Shown piece by piece: positions 27,462 through 36,348 of a stretch of DNA of 64,000 bases (the stretch's first letter is position 1; every line of letters begins with the position of its first letter). The position numbers and the translations under genes were made by a program. The stretch is from Dehalococcoidia bacterium (GTDB lineage: Bacteria; Chloroflexota; Dehalococcoidia; Lucifugimonadales; JAGWBF01). Location: assembly GCA_965219565.1 (NCBI GenBank), contig OZ244780.1, positions 1,346,146 to 1,410,145 of the forward strand, in the 5' to 3' direction. A model generated the notes under the pieces. That model was not told the origin of the DNA. It ran no database searches and worked only from the letters and a program-made list of their open reading frames with translations.

Positions 27462-28559
27462 ATGACGACAGAGACGATAGACAGGGCGGAGGTCTTCTCC
27501 CGCCCTGCTGCGCGGTTCGACGCCGAAGGCAACATCGAGGTGCGGGCATCGTCAGCCCTGGGCTGCCGCCGCGCCCTCTGGTACGCCGCGACGGGCTACG
27601 AACCCACCAATCCCCCCAGTGACGACTCGCTGACGGCGATGGAGGCGGGCAACGCCCTGGAGCCGGTGGTGGTGCGGGCGATGGTACGGGCGGGTTGGAA
27701 GGTGGACGCCCCCGATCCCCGTGACCCGCAACAGGTGACCGTGCGCATCGGTCCGAACCTGCTGGTCACGGGGCACCCGGACGGCACGGTGCGGATGCCT
27801 CTCGAACAGGGCGAAGCCGACGTGCCGCAACTGTTCCTCTTCGACGACGAGCCGCAAGCTCCCGCCTACGGCGATCCGATGGTCGTCGAGATCAAGACGC
27901 GGGGACCGGAGGCGTTCCGCCGATGGCAGACGCTGGGAGCGGAGCGCAGCCACCCGGCGGCGGTGGCCCAGGCCGCCTTCTACTCCCTCGGCGAGTTCGG
28001 CGACCTGCGGGACGCGGTCATCGCAACGATGGACACGGGGGCTCGCACCTGGGACTGGGAGCGGATACCGGCCAAGCGGCTGGAGCGGGCCCTCCAGGAT
28101 GCCTGCGAGTGGCTGGGAGAGCTTTCCGCTCACTACGTCCAGAGCGGGCCTGACCCCGACGCGCTGCCGGAGCGGGACTTCTCCGCCACCAGCTGGCAGT
28201 GCCGGTCGTGCCCCTTCCTGGCGGTCTGCCTGCCGGGTGCGGCGGAAACGAGCGAAGAGACGGAGATAGAGGACAAGGAGGTGAGCGACGAAGAGGCACG
28301 GGACGCGGTGGCGGCCTACGCAGAGGCTCAGGAAACCATCAAGGAACCCGAGAAGGCCAAGCGCGCCGCGCTGGACACCCTGAAGGCATGGATGCGCCGA
28401 CAGGGAGACTCCAAGGCGACGGTGGGGGGCCGCACGGTCACCCTCGTCAGCTCGACCAGGTACTCCGTGAACCACCGCAGGCTGAACGAGGCCCTCGACC
28501 CGGAGGTCCGGGCCGAGATCGTCACCGAGAGCGAGTCGGAGTACGTGCGGGTCAGCTAG
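27462..28559 (+). CDS. PD-(D/E)XK nuclease with Cas4-like four-Cys cluster
   Basis: GHPDG, VVEIKT (ExK) and QAAFY (QxxxY). One N-terminal Cys (ALGCRRALWY) plus a C-terminal CRSCPFLAVC (Cx2Cx5C). Confidence 0.65.
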   Translation: MTTETIDRAEVFSRPAARFDAEGNIEVRASSALGCRRALWYAATGYEPTNPPSDDSLTAMEAGNALEPVVVRAMVRAGWKVDAPDPRDPQQVTVRIGPNLLVTGHPDGTVRMPLEQGEADVPQLFLFDDEPQAPAYGDPMVVEIKTRGPEAFRRWQTLGAERSHPAAVAQAAFYSLGEFGDLRDAVIATMDTGARTWDWERIPAKRLERALQDACEWLGELSAHYVQSGPDPDALPERDFSATSWQCRSCPFLAVCLPGAAETSEETEIEDKEVSDEEARDAVAAYAEAQETIKEPEKAKRAALDTLKAWMRRQGDSKATVGGRTVTLVSSTRYSVNHRRLNEALDPEVRAEIVTESESEYVRVS

Positions 28560-28584
28560 ACGCTTCACCTGCTGGGAGCGCAGG

Positions 28585-28624
28585 ACGGGGCTGTTTTCCC
28601 ATCTACGGGGGAGTTCGGCCCCGT
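28585..28624 (+). terminator. Intergenic GC hairpin
   Basis: ACGGGGC...GCCCCGT downstream of the nuclease gene. Confidence 0.35.
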
Positions 28625-28680
28625 TGCATTCAAGACGGGCGCGGCAAGACCGCGCTACTTCACACGCAAGGAGGATCGAA

Positions 28681-29064
28681 ATGTCGAGAACCATCAACAA
28701 AGTCACGCTGCTGGGCCGGGTGGGAACCGACCCGGAGATGCAGTACACCCCCGGCGGCACCGCCGTCACCAAGCTGCGGCTGGCGACCGACCGCTACCGG
28801 AAGGACGCCGAGAACGAGACGGATTGGCACGACGTCGTCTGCTGGAGCAACACCGCCGAGGCGGTGAATCAGTACGTCGCCAAGGGCCAGCGCATCTACG
28901 TCGAGGGCCGCCTCGTTCAGAACAGCTGGGAGGGCGACGACGGCCAGCGCCGCCACCGTACCGAGATTCACGCCTCCGAGGTCGTGTTCCTCGACTCCCG
29001 CAACGGGAACGGCAACGGCGACGCCTCGGACATCGAGCAGCCGGTCGGCGCCTCTCCCTTCTAG
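28681..29064 (+). CDS. ssb: Single-stranded DNA-binding protein
   Basis: NKVTLLGRVGTDPEMQYTPGG...WHDVVCW...YVAKGQRIYVEGRLVQNSWE OB fold, a flexible NGNGNG tail and a terminal PF. Confidence 0.9.
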   Translation: MSRTINKVTLLGRVGTDPEMQYTPGGTAVTKLRLATDRYRKDAENETDWHDVVCWSNTAEAVNQYVAKGQRIYVEGRLVQNSWEGDDGQRRHRTEIHASEVVFLDSRNGNGNGDASDIEQPVGASPF

Positions 29065-29106
29065 TCCCACGACCGAATAGCGACGCCCTCCTGAAGGGCG
29101 CAACCA

Positions 29107-29139
29107 CGGGGCCGTCTCCCTCTACAGGGGTCGGCCCCG
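29107..29139 (+). terminator. Intergenic GC hairpin followed by a T-rich run
   Basis: CGGGGCCG-tctccctctacaggggt-CGGCCCCG followed by CTTTAGTTT. Confidence 0.4.
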
Positions 29140-29174
29140 CTTTAGTTTCCAATCCCACTACGAAGGAGGCCGAC

Positions 29175-29528
29175 GTGATAACGAGCATAACCATGTGGCT
29201 GGCCGTGGGGGAGCGCGGCCTTTCATCGGAGGCCATAGCCCTGACCACCCTCGGCCTGCGGCCCACCGGTCGGCAGGCGTCGTGGCCTCACGACCCCGCC
29301 GACCTGCGGCGTTGCTTGCTTCTCTTGGAAAAGGTGCCTGAAACCCGCGAGGACGGACTTCTGGTCCTGGCGGAGCGGTGTCCCAAGTGGGCCGCCCTGG
29401 TGAAAGTCTGGGACCGCCTGTCGGAGACGCTGCGCTCCGAGACCGGCGACACGCTCCCTCCATACGGCTCAGCGCCCAAGACCTACGCATTGATGGAAGA
29501 GGCGTTGGACTCGGCCACTGGAAGCTGA
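29175..29528 (+). CDS. Hypothetical protein
   Basis: GTG start 7 nt after an AAGGAGG RBS. 117 aa. Confidence 0.45.
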   Translation: MITSITMWLAVGERGLSSEAIALTTLGLRPTGRQASWPHDPADLRRCLLLLEKVPETREDGLLVLAERCPKWAALVKVWDRLSETLRSETGDTLPPYGSAPKTYALMEEALDSATGS

Positions 29529-29601
29529 GCGAACCCTCTCGCGACGTCTGCGAGGAACTACAACCGAACACCGACGCCCGCATCGACGGGCGCACCAACC
29601 A

Positions 29602-29634
29602 CGGGGCCGCTTCCACCTACAGGAGGTGGCCCCG
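29602..29634 (+). terminator. Intergenic GC hairpin followed by a T-rich run
   Basis: CGGGGCC...GGCCCCG with an inner CCACCT/AGGTGG stem. Shares the CAACCACGGGGCCG lead-in with the 29107 hairpin. Confidence 0.4.
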
Positions 29635-29667
29635 CTTCTGTTCTAACCGATAGCTAAGGAGGCCGAC

Positions 29668-30177
29668 ATGACCGCCATCACCGCACAACAGACCGACACG
29701 CTGCTGGACGCGCTGCGCAGCAACCTTCACCTGCTGGGAGAGCTGGCGGTGCGCTACGCCGTCGAGTTCCACCCGGAGCGCTCCACGCAGGACCTGCCCT
29801 CCATCAACTGTCCCGACGACGTGCGCAGGTTGCTGGGGCCGGAGATGGCTCCCCTCGCCCAGGAGCAGCTACGGGTGCTGCTGCTCAACACCAAGAACAA
29901 CGTCGTGGGCCAGCGGGTCGTCTACCAGGGCAACGTCAACTCGTCGATGATCCGGCCGGCCGAGGTGCTGCGCCCCGCCGTCATGGAGGCCGTTCCCAGC
30001 ATCATCGTCTGCCACAACCACCCCTCGCAGGACCCGACGCCCAGCCCGGAGGACGCGGCCATCACCAGGGAGCTGGCGCAGGCGGGCAAGCTGCTGGGCA
30101 TCGAGCTGCTGGACCACGTGGTCATAGGCGGTGAGCGGTTCGTCAGCCTCAAGGAACGGGGGCTGATGGGCGGATAG
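29668..30177 (+). CDS. radC: RadC-like JAB/MPN domain protein
   Basis: VCHNHPSQDPTPSPEDAAITRELAQAGKLLGIELLDHVVIG is the RadC JAMM-type motif. Confidence 0.85.
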   Translation: MTAITAQQTDTLLDALRSNLHLLGELAVRYAVEFHPERSTQDLPSINCPDDVRRLLGPEMAPLAQEQLRVLLLNTKNNVVGQRVVYQGNVNSSMIRPAEVLRPAVMEAVPSIIVCHNHPSQDPTPSPEDAAITRELAQAGKLLGIELLDHVVIGGERFVSLKERGLMGG

Positions 30178-30232
30178 AGAGCCGGTCCCACCCCACAGGA
30201 CGCACGGAAATCAAGAGATGAGAGAGGTAGCC

Positions 30233-30550
30233 ATGACAGACAAAGATATTCGGAAGGCGCCCATCAAGTGGAAGGTTCAGGGGGCCGGGTTCGTAATGGA
30301 AGGCGGGTTCGTAGCCCTGGTGGACAGGGACCCGGACCCGTTTGCCTGCACCGCCTACGACGGCCCCGCGGAGGTCGCGGAGGCCCACCTGAGCACGTGC
30401 CGGGAGACCTGGGCCACCGTGTGGGCCCTGGAGGGCGACACGCTCGAGGAGGCCAGGCAGGCGTTGGCGGAGTCCCGCTTTCGCTGGGTCGCCTACCACG
30501 TGAACGACTGCGAGCTCCTGGACGACCGGCCTCAGGGAGACACGCCCTAG
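30233..30550 (+). CDS. Hypothetical protein
   Basis: ATG 30233 follows GAGAGG. 105 aa with no motif recognised. Confidence 0.4.
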   Translation: MTDKDIRKAPIKWKVQGAGFVMEGGFVALVDRDPDPFACTAYDGPAEVAEAHLSTCRETWATVWALEGDTLEEARQALAESRFRWVAYHVNDCELLDDRPQGDTP

Positions 30551-30646
30551 CGCAAGGAAACCTCATAGACCCCTACCGGGGCTTCACGCGGGAGACACCA
30601 TCCCGCGCTTGCATCACCCACATCAAGGAACGAAAGGAGACTGCCC

Positions 30647-31291
30647 ATGTTGCAGACTCACACCATCGATCCCGAAGACCTGTTCACCATAAGCGCAGGC
30701 GGCTTCAACGCCACCGCCGACGCCTTCGCCCGCGACGACCGGACGGACGGCCTCTGGTTCGTCTCGATGGTCGGCTCCCAGACGGCGCTGAAGGCGATCT
30801 GGGCCTCGCTGCTCAAGCAGCCCCCGGACGTCGCCCACATCATCCGCGGCGCCGACGGGATGGCGCTGTACGGCGGCTACCAGCGCTGCATCATCCCGTA
30901 CGAGACCATCGGAACGTGGACGACGAAGATCGCCCGCCTGCCGGTGACCGGCGGCTGGCACGCCCTCGTGTATACGAAGACGGCGGAGTTCGGCTACGAG
31001 AAGGACAGCTTCCTGCTGCTGGCGCAGTCAGCAGAGGAGGCCCCGGCCCTCCACCACCGCTTCCTGGACAAGCGCAGCCCGCTTCCCCTGCACGGCTCCT
31101 GGGCCGGTTGGCTCTGGGAGCGGGGACTCGCCGAGGAGGAGATAGTCCCCCTCCAGTCCGTGGGCGTTTCCGCCTACCGGTGCTCTCCCAAGGCTCAGAA
31201 GCTCAGGGAGGACCTCTCCGACGCGGTGGCGTCGGGCAGGCTCACGCTGCCCAGGGAGGACCTCGCTGCGGCGGGAGGCGCGACGTCATGA
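30647..31291 (+). CDS. Hypothetical protein
   Basis: 214-aa ORF with an AAGGAG RBS. The next gene's ATG lies inside its stop region. Confidence 0.5.
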   Translation: MLQTHTIDPEDLFTISAGGFNATADAFARDDRTDGLWFVSMVGSQTALKAIWASLLKQPPDVAHIIRGADGMALYGGYQRCIIPYETIGTWTTKIARLPVTGGWHALVYTKTAEFGYEKDSFLLLAQSAEEAPALHHRFLDKRSPLPLHGSWAGWLWERGLAEEEIVPLQSVGVSAYRCSPKAQKLREDLSDAVASGRLTLPREDLAAAGGATS

Positions 31292-31746
31292 TCGACTACC
31301 GCTACGACGACGGCGGACGGGAAGCCGCTGGCTACCGGGGCAAGACCGGCGACTGCGTCGTCCGCGCCATCGCCATCTGCACCGGCGAGGACTACCGCGC
31401 CGTCTACCTCACGATGGCCGAGCACATGAAGCGCAACGGCTACGCCGCCAGCGGCAACGCCTACGCCACACGGGAGCGCAACCGCAAAGCGCCCCACAGC
31501 AAGGGCCAGATCGCCGCCCGGCGCGTCCAGGACCGCGTTCTCGAGGTCTACGGCTTCCGGAAGGTCCGCCTCCCGGCGGGAGCGCGCCCGACGTTCACGG
31601 AGGCGCACCGGCGCTACGGCGACTGCATCGTCGGCACCACGAAGCACGTGGCTGCCATCGTGGACGGCGCACTCCGAGACACATTCGACGGCCGCACCTA
31701 CGAGTGGGAAGTCGAGACGCGCGAGCGCAAGGCCCAGTCCGTCTGA
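31288..31746 (+). CDS. Hypothetical protein with possible Cys...His...Asp arrangement
   Basis: ATGA overlap with the previous gene. GKTGDCVVRAIA and TKHVAAIVDG could form a thiol-peptidase-like triad. Speculative. Confidence 0.4.
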   Translation: MIDYRYDDGGREAAGYRGKTGDCVVRAIAICTGEDYRAVYLTMAEHMKRNGYAASGNAYATRERNRKAPHSKGQIAARRVQDRVLEVYGFRKVRLPAGARPTFTEAHRRYGDCIVGTTKHVAAIVDGALRDTFDGRTYEWEVETRERKAQSV

Positions 31747-31792
31747 GTGCGGCGCCAGGCGACGTAAGAGTAAGCAAGAAAGGAGACACGAC

Positions 31793-32183
31793 ATGAGACT
31801 AGCTGCACAGGCGAAGGGCGGCTACTACCCCACTCCCGAGCGGGTGGTGGACCTGATCGCCGACCTTATTCACACCCCCTCCGGCTACTACTACCGGGAG
31901 CGGGAGTCCCTGCGCATCCTCGACCCCTGCTGCGGGGCCGGGGACGCGCTGAAGAGGCTGGTGGAGGGCCTCAGCCGGCCCAACGCCCTGGCCATGGAGA
32001 CCTTCGGCATCGAGCTGCACCAGGACCGGGCGGAGGAGGCGGAGCGGCGGCTCGACCACGTGCTGGCGGCGGACCTGTTCGCCACCTCGATAGCGAACGG
32101 GGCCTTCGGCCTGCTGTACCTGAACCCGCCCTACGACTACGACTCGGAGGACAAGCGGACGGAGCACGCCTTCCTGACGCATA
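31793..32183 (+). CDS. N6-adenine DNA methyltransferase, exon 1
   Basis: Motif I ILDPCCGAGD and motif IV LNPPYDY. The frame runs into intron GTGCG at 32184 and stops 7 codons later if unspliced. Confidence 0.75.
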
Positions 32184-32693
32184 GTGCGCCGCGTAACGCG
32201 GCATAGGATACCTAGCTCAACTAGGAGGAACTCGGAGGGAGTTCCTGGGCCAACCGACCCACCTGGCGGCGAAAGCCAAAGGGGACAACAGCATGTCGGT
32301 AAAGCGGCTACAGCCCCAAAGCGTTGTAAGGCTGGTTCCGCAAGGCCCGCGCGATACGGTGAAAGCTTGATTGCCTGAACCCCAGTTCTCAGTCGGTGTA
32401 TAAGGACACCCGCCGGTAAAACGCTTGTAACCCGGCGCCACCCATTGCACTGGTCGGCAGTGTGGACCAACGCACCTCCGATGGGTGAACGATGGCTAAC
32501 TAGGTCATTCAAGGGAACGAACGGGGCACCTACAGTCGCGCTAGAACGTCCTATGTCAACGGAACGCGGGATTGCCTACGGGGGGAGACCCCTATGGCAA
32601 CGGAGCCCTCGTAGTAGTCCGAGCCGGGGAAAGCCCGGCACATGGCGAAGGAGGGCAGGTGTCAACGACGGAATACACAGAGAGGTATGCAGA

Positions 32694-34466
32694 ATGCAGA
32701 ACGCCGAAACTGTACTGAACGTCATACGCAAACGCGGAGAACGAGGATTGCCGCTGGAGAACATCTATCGGCTGCTTTACAACCGGAACCTTTACCTGCG
32801 GGCCTACGGTCGCATCTACTCAAACCAGGGAGCTACGACCAAGGGCGTCACCGCAGAAACCATGGATGGTATGTCACTGGCGAAGATCGACCGCATCATC
32901 GAAGCCTTGCGCTACGAGCGGTTCCGATGGACGCCAGTACGACGGGTCAACATTCCCAAGCCTAACGGCACGACCCGCGCCTTGGGCATACCGACTGGGC
33001 CGGACAAGCTGCTGCAAGAGGTCATCCGGATGATTCTGGAAGCCTACTACGAGCCGCAGTTTTCGGACCGCTCCCACGGCTTTCGGCCCCACCGGGGATG
33101 CCACACCGCCTTGAGCGAAGTGGTCCACACCTGGACGGGAACCCGCTGGTTTGTCGAGGGCGATATCAAAGGGTGCTTTGACAACATCGACCACGATGTC
33201 CTGTTGTCGGTGCTTGGAGAGAAGCTTCACGACAACCGATTCCTACGTCTGCTCAAGTACCTACTGAAAGCAGGCTACATCGAGGATTGGAAATACGGCC
33301 GCACGCTGAGCGGGACCCCGCAAGGCGGCATCGTCAGCCCCATCCTCGCCAACATCTACCTAGACCGGTTGGACAAGTACGTTGAGACGGTGCTGATTCC
33401 AGCACACACCCGAGGCAAAGCCCGAAGGCGCAGCCCCTCCTACCGCGCGTCGGCCAGACGCGTGGCAGCGGCTCGGCAGACTGGGAACCACGCTCAGGCG
33501 GCGCAACTGTTCACACAGATGCAACAACTTCCGTCAGGCGACCCCCACGACCCCGGATACCGTCGGTTGCGCTACGTCCGCTACGCGGACGATTTCGTCT
33601 TGGGCTTCATCGGGCCAAAGGCCGAAGCCGAGCAGATACGGGAGGCCTTGGAGACATTCCTGCACGAAACACTCAAGCTGGAGTTATCCAGGGAAAAGAC
33701 TCTCATAACCCATGCCACCAGCCAGGCGGCCAAGTTCCTCGGCTATGAACTCGTGAACCAACAGGCCAATGACAAGCATGTCCGCCACGGACAACGCAAC
33801 GCCAACGGTCGCATCGGTCTACGGGTCCCCGCCAAAGTCATCGAACAACACTGCCAAGCCTACATGCGCCACGGCAAACCGGCACACCGCAGCGTCCTTA
33901 TACACGATGAGGATTACTCCATCGTGGACAGGTATCAAGCGGAGTTCCGGGGCGTCGTCCAGTATTACCTACTGGCCCAGAATGTCTCCCATTTCGAGAG
34001 ACTGCACGGAATCATGCGGGAATCGATTGTCAAGACCCTCATCGCCAAGCACAAGACCCCACGCCGGATACTGCTCCGACGCTACAAGAGCGTCGTACAG
34101 ACCGAAGAGGGCGAACGGGCTTGCCTTGAGGCCGTCAAACAACGGGGCGATGGGAAACGCCCACTGGTGGCACGGTTCGGTGGCATACCCCTGAAGCGGA
34201 ACCGGCAGGCAATTCTAATAGACCGACAGCCTGAACCGTACAGGTTTCACCGTAACGAGCTCGTAAAACGGCTTCTAGCGGACGAATGCGAGATGTGCGA
34301 CTCAACGATGGACGTAGAAGTCCATCACATCCGCGCACTTCGCGACCTGAATGTGAAAGGCCAACGGGAAAAGCCCAAGTGGGTACAAATCATGGCGGCG
34401 CGAAAACGCAAGACCCTCGTGGTCTGTCGTACGTGTCACATGGACATCCACCACGGGCGCAAGTAA
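32694..34466 (+). CDS. Group II intron reverse transcriptase/maturase with HNH endonuclease domain
   Basis: The N-terminus LNVIRKRGERGLPLENIYRLLYNRNLYLRAY is typical of intron-encoded proteins. RT motif YVRYADDFVLGF and a C-terminal CEMCDS...EVHHIRAL...CRTCHMDIHHG. Confidence 0.9.
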   Translation: MQNAETVLNVIRKRGERGLPLENIYRLLYNRNLYLRAYGRIYSNQGATTKGVTAETMDGMSLAKIDRIIEALRYERFRWTPVRRVNIPKPNGTTRALGIPTGPDKLLQEVIRMILEAYYEPQFSDRSHGFRPHRGCHTALSEVVHTWTGTRWFVEGDIKGCFDNIDHDVLLSVLGEKLHDNRFLRLLKYLLKAGYIEDWKYGRTLSGTPQGGIVSPILANIYLDRLDKYVETVLIPAHTRGKARRRSPSYRASARRVAAARQTGNHAQAAQLFTQMQQLPSGDPHDPGYRRLRYVRYADDFVLGFIGPKAEAEQIREALETFLHETLKLELSREKTLITHATSQAAKFLGYELVNQQANDKHVRHGQRNANGRIGLRVPAKVIEQHCQAYMRHGKPAHRSVLIHDEDYSIVDRYQAEFRGVVQYYLLAQNVSHFERLHGIMRESIVKTLIAKHKTPRRILLRRYKSVVQTEEGERACLEAVKQRGDGKRPLVARFGGIPLKRNRQAILIDRQPEPYRFHRNELVKRLLADECEMCDSTMDVEVHHIRALRDLNVKGQREKPKWVQIMAARKRKTLVVCRTCHMDIHHGRK

Positions 34467-34553
34467 TCCACGCAAGCACAGTAGGTAGTGTCCAATCCAC
34501 AACAACTGAATACGACTCCAATAACAGCCTCCTCCCCCGCGTGGTACACTTGA

Positions 34554-35006
34554 ATGACAGCCATTGCCGGGGTTTTGGGCCTATGCCCACTGGAGGTAAT
34601 GGGGCAAATGCTACACCGGGTGAAGGTGTATCCCGCCAAACGCCGCTTCCTAGCAACGCTCGGCCTAACCTTGGTTTCGGGCGTAGGCTTCGTACTGGCC
34701 GTCACTGTACTTGAGAGACCAGACGACACTTGGCGTGCCATGGTTACAGGAGTGATCGCGCTAATGGTCGCCCCCTTCCTCGCTGGCTGGCTATCACCCC
34801 ATCCCAGTTACGTAGCGTTCTTCCCCATCAGTCTGTTTGTCGGACTCTCAGTTGAGACGGCCATACACGGCCCTCTGACGATTGATTCTGACAACTTCTG
34901 GTTCATCGTCGCGCTCACCACAATCTATGGTGGCTTGGCGTCAGTAACGTTCTTGGGCGGGTGGCTGACTCATTACGGCCTCTCCCGTCTGGCAGAGCGC
35001 AGGTAA
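34554..35006 (+). CDS. Four-helix membrane protein encoded inside the intron (domain IV, downstream of the IEP)
   Basis: 150-aa ORF with four clear hydrophobic helices. Two short hairpins follow it before domain V. Confidence 0.45.
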   Translation: MTAIAGVLGLCPLEVMGQMLHRVKVYPAKRRFLATLGLTLVSGVGFVLAVTVLERPDDTWRAMVTGVIALMVAPFLAGWLSPHPSYVAFFPISLFVGLSVETAIHGPLTIDSDNFWFIVALTTIYGGLASVTFLGGWLTHYGLSRLAERR

Positions 35007-35097
35007 AGCGGGCCTACCACCCGTAGGCTCACACTGCCAATCACGTGGTGCCCAAGCACCACGCCTAGCTAACGACACTACCCACATCGACACTGGA

Positions 35098-35131
35098 GAG
35101 CCGGATGCGGTGAAAGCCGCACGTCCGGTTC
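35098..35131 (+). ncRNA. Group II intron domain V
   Basis: GAGCCGGATGCGGTGAAAGCCGCACGTCCGGTTC. The 34-nt helix has a GAAA tetraloop and the catalytic AGC triad position. Confidence 0.8.
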
Positions 35132-35194
35132 GGAGGGGGGCCGACGGAAAAGTGCTCCGGTAACACGGGGTAACTCGCCGGCGGCCTACCCTAC

Positions 35195-35841
35195 CCACGC
35201 GCTACCTGGCCGAGGACGGCCTGCTGGTCTTCATCGTGCCACGGCAGCGCCTCGCGGTCTCGGCCCGGTATCTCTCCACCCACTACGGGCGGATGCAGTG
35301 CTGGGCCTTTCCCGACCCGGAGGGGCAGGTTTTCGACCAGGTGGCGCTGTTCGGCTTCCGGAAGACCGATCCCGTTCCCGACGCCACAGCCGAGAGCAGG
35401 GTGCTGGAGTGGGCGGTGGGTGAGCCGGAGCCCCTGCGCTCCCACGCCTACACGGAGTTCACCCCATCGACGACGCCGGTCGGCGACATCCTCTTCACGA
35501 CCCGGACCGTCGATCCGGTCGCTGCGGCCGCCGAGGCGCGGCGGTCGGGGCTGTGGGCCAGCACGGAGATCACCGACACCCTGTGGCCCGCGAGCGACAA
35601 CCGGACCCGCCCGCTGATGCCCCTCAGACGGGGCCACATGGCGATGCTGGTGGCGGCGGGCTTCCTCAACAACCTGGTGCTCGAAGCCGAGGGCAGGCGC
35701 ATCCTGGTCAAGGGCCGCACCTCGAAGGAGATGGTGATGGTCGAGGACGCCCCGGAGAAGGAGGTCCACCGCGAGAAGCTCAACACGACCGTCGTCGCCC
35801 TGGACCTCGACGACGGGCAGATCGAGGACATCGCAGCGTAG
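35195..35841 (+). CDS. N6-adenine DNA methyltransferase, exon 2
   Basis: Continues ...AFLTH-T-TRYLAEDGLLVFIVPRQRL..., the expected post-NPPY region. The frame is consistent with the exon 1 phase (1 + 2 nt). Confidence 0.7.
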
Positions 35842-35867
35842 TCGGCTCACCCGTAGCCGCACTCACG

Positions 35868-35900
35868 AGGCCCCGTTGGTCTCTCTGGACTGCGGGGCCT
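35868..35900 (+). terminator. Intergenic GC hairpin
   Basis: AGGCCCCG...CGGGGCCT. It is preceded by AGCCGCACTCACGAGGCCC, which recurs at 36182-36200. Confidence 0.35.
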
Positions 35901-35957
35901 TCGCTCTATCGGAACGATTCCCGACAACCCTCATACAAGGAAGGAGAGACCAGGAAG

Positions 35958-36167
35958 ATGCAGACAGCCATGACGCTCGAATCCTGCTGCCGGTGCGAGC
36001 ACCCCATCGCCCCCGGCGAACCGGCCATGCAGACCGCCTCGGTGGACCTCGACGACTACGGCAGGGCCGTGTCCTCCCCGGTGAAGGCGTACCACCTGAG
36101 CGGCCGGTGCTACGACGAGTACAGGGCCGCCGAAGCCGCCCGCAGGGAGGCCCTGAAAGCAGCATAG
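35958..36167 (+). CDS. Small Cys-containing hypothetical protein
   Basis: 69 aa with an AAGGAGAG RBS. CCRCEHP...GRCYDEY is a possible zinc site. Confidence 0.45.
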   Translation: MQTAMTLESCCRCEHPIAPGEPAMQTASVDLDDYGRAVSSPVKAYHLSGRCYDEYRAAEAARREALKAA

Positions 36168-36348
36168 ACGGCTGGATTCCAAGCCGCACTCACGAGGCCC
36201 GCCAACTGTGGCGGTCTTCGCAGATCCAACCAACCGCCTGGGGACGCTTCCAGGAACCCGCGCTCACAAGCGTCCCCACCGGGGGCGTGGTGCGTCCCGG
36301 GTCCCGGCGTCGTCCTCCGGCCCACCACGGAAAAGGAGGACGACTGAA

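Larger units (their letters stand above)
32184..35194 (+). mobile_element. Group II intron (3011 bp) with RT-maturase-HNH ORF
   Basis: 5' GTGCG. Canonical 34-nt domain V at 35098-35131. Domain VI ends ...CCTACCCTAC. Joining 32183 to 35195 restores one continuous methyltransferase frame (ca|t a + cc acg cgc tac). Confidence 0.8.
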
